Below are positions 23,855-24,000 of a DNA stretch of 24,000 nucleotides, one piece after another. The position numbers and the translations under genes are program-made. The notes beneath the pieces were generated by a model, which had not been told where the DNA came from, ran no database searches, and saw nothing but the letters and a program-made list of their open reading frames with translations. This stretch comes from Patescibacteria group bacterium (GTDB lineage Bacteria; Patescibacteriota; SICC01): positions 2,588 to 26,587 of the forward strand of contig SICC01000001.1 in assembly GCA_009694835.1 (NCBI GenBank), in the 5' to 3' direction. Numbering within the stretch: position 1 is the stretch's first letter; the number at the start of each line of letters is the position of its first letter.

Positions 23855-23928
23855 GGACTCGTAGCTCAGTTGGCTAGAGCGCCTCATTGACGTTGAGGAG
23901 GTCACAGGTTCGAATCCTGTCGAGTCCA
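23855..23928 (+). tRNA. tRNA-Val (anticodon GAC)
   Basis: Acceptor GGACTCG/CGAGTCC, D-arm GCTCAGTTGGCTAGAGC, anticodon arm CCTCA-TTGACGT-TGAGG, T-arm ACAGGTTCGAATCCTGT; CCA not encoded. Confidence 0.93.
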
Positions 23929-24000
23929 CAGATTTTCAGCGAAACGCCGACCGTACTCGTTTGACCGCCGCTTGGAAGGCGTTGATGTCCGGCAAGGCTT

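Noticed and set aside
1-24000. CRISPR arrays, insertion sequences, integrases, toxin-antitoxin or defence genes
   Set aside because: Looked for direct-repeat arrays with spacers, transposase/recombinase motifs and typical defence domains; none found. The window is chromosomal housekeeping plus an EPS cluster.

Overview
This 24 kb window looks like a chromosomal segment of a small-genome bacterium. Candidatus Saccharibacteria/CPR-like is my inference from gene style, not a database result. Supported content on the + strand is an exopolysaccharide cluster (polyprenyl-glycosylphosphotransferase, two GT4s, a Wzz-like protein, a DUF4012 protein), YidC, a short SPFH protein, small membrane proteins, an Rpf-like transglycosylase and tRNA-Glu(CTC). 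On the - strand are an O-antigen-ligase-like protein and infC-rpmI-rplT, followed by + strand comM. A - strand run then reads thrS-miaA-murT-gatD-pyrE-pyrF. The 3' part carries a nucleotidyltransferase, msrB and tRNA-Val(GAC). No CRISPR, IS element or prophage was recognised. The strongest unusual signals are non-coding. (1) A textbook type III hammerhead ribozyme lies at 23240-23319 (-), with all core nucleotides (GUC cleavage triplet, CUGAAGA, GAAA). It sits directly between a sigma70-like promoter (TTGACA-18-TACTAT) and a rho-independent terminator, in the msrB upstream region, forming a compact ~100-nt stand-alone transcription unit. (2) The entire gatD-pyrE intercistronic region (16836-16908, -) folds into a three-way junction with a perfect 16-bp outer stem that sequesters the pyrE Shine-Dalgarno sequence and start codon. 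Other signals are an AUA start for infC, a MurT lacking its usual four ribbon cysteines, a URA3/UMPS-like PyrF, period-7 degenerate intergenic tandem repeats, apparent leaderless promoters, and a palindrome overlapping the thrS -10.
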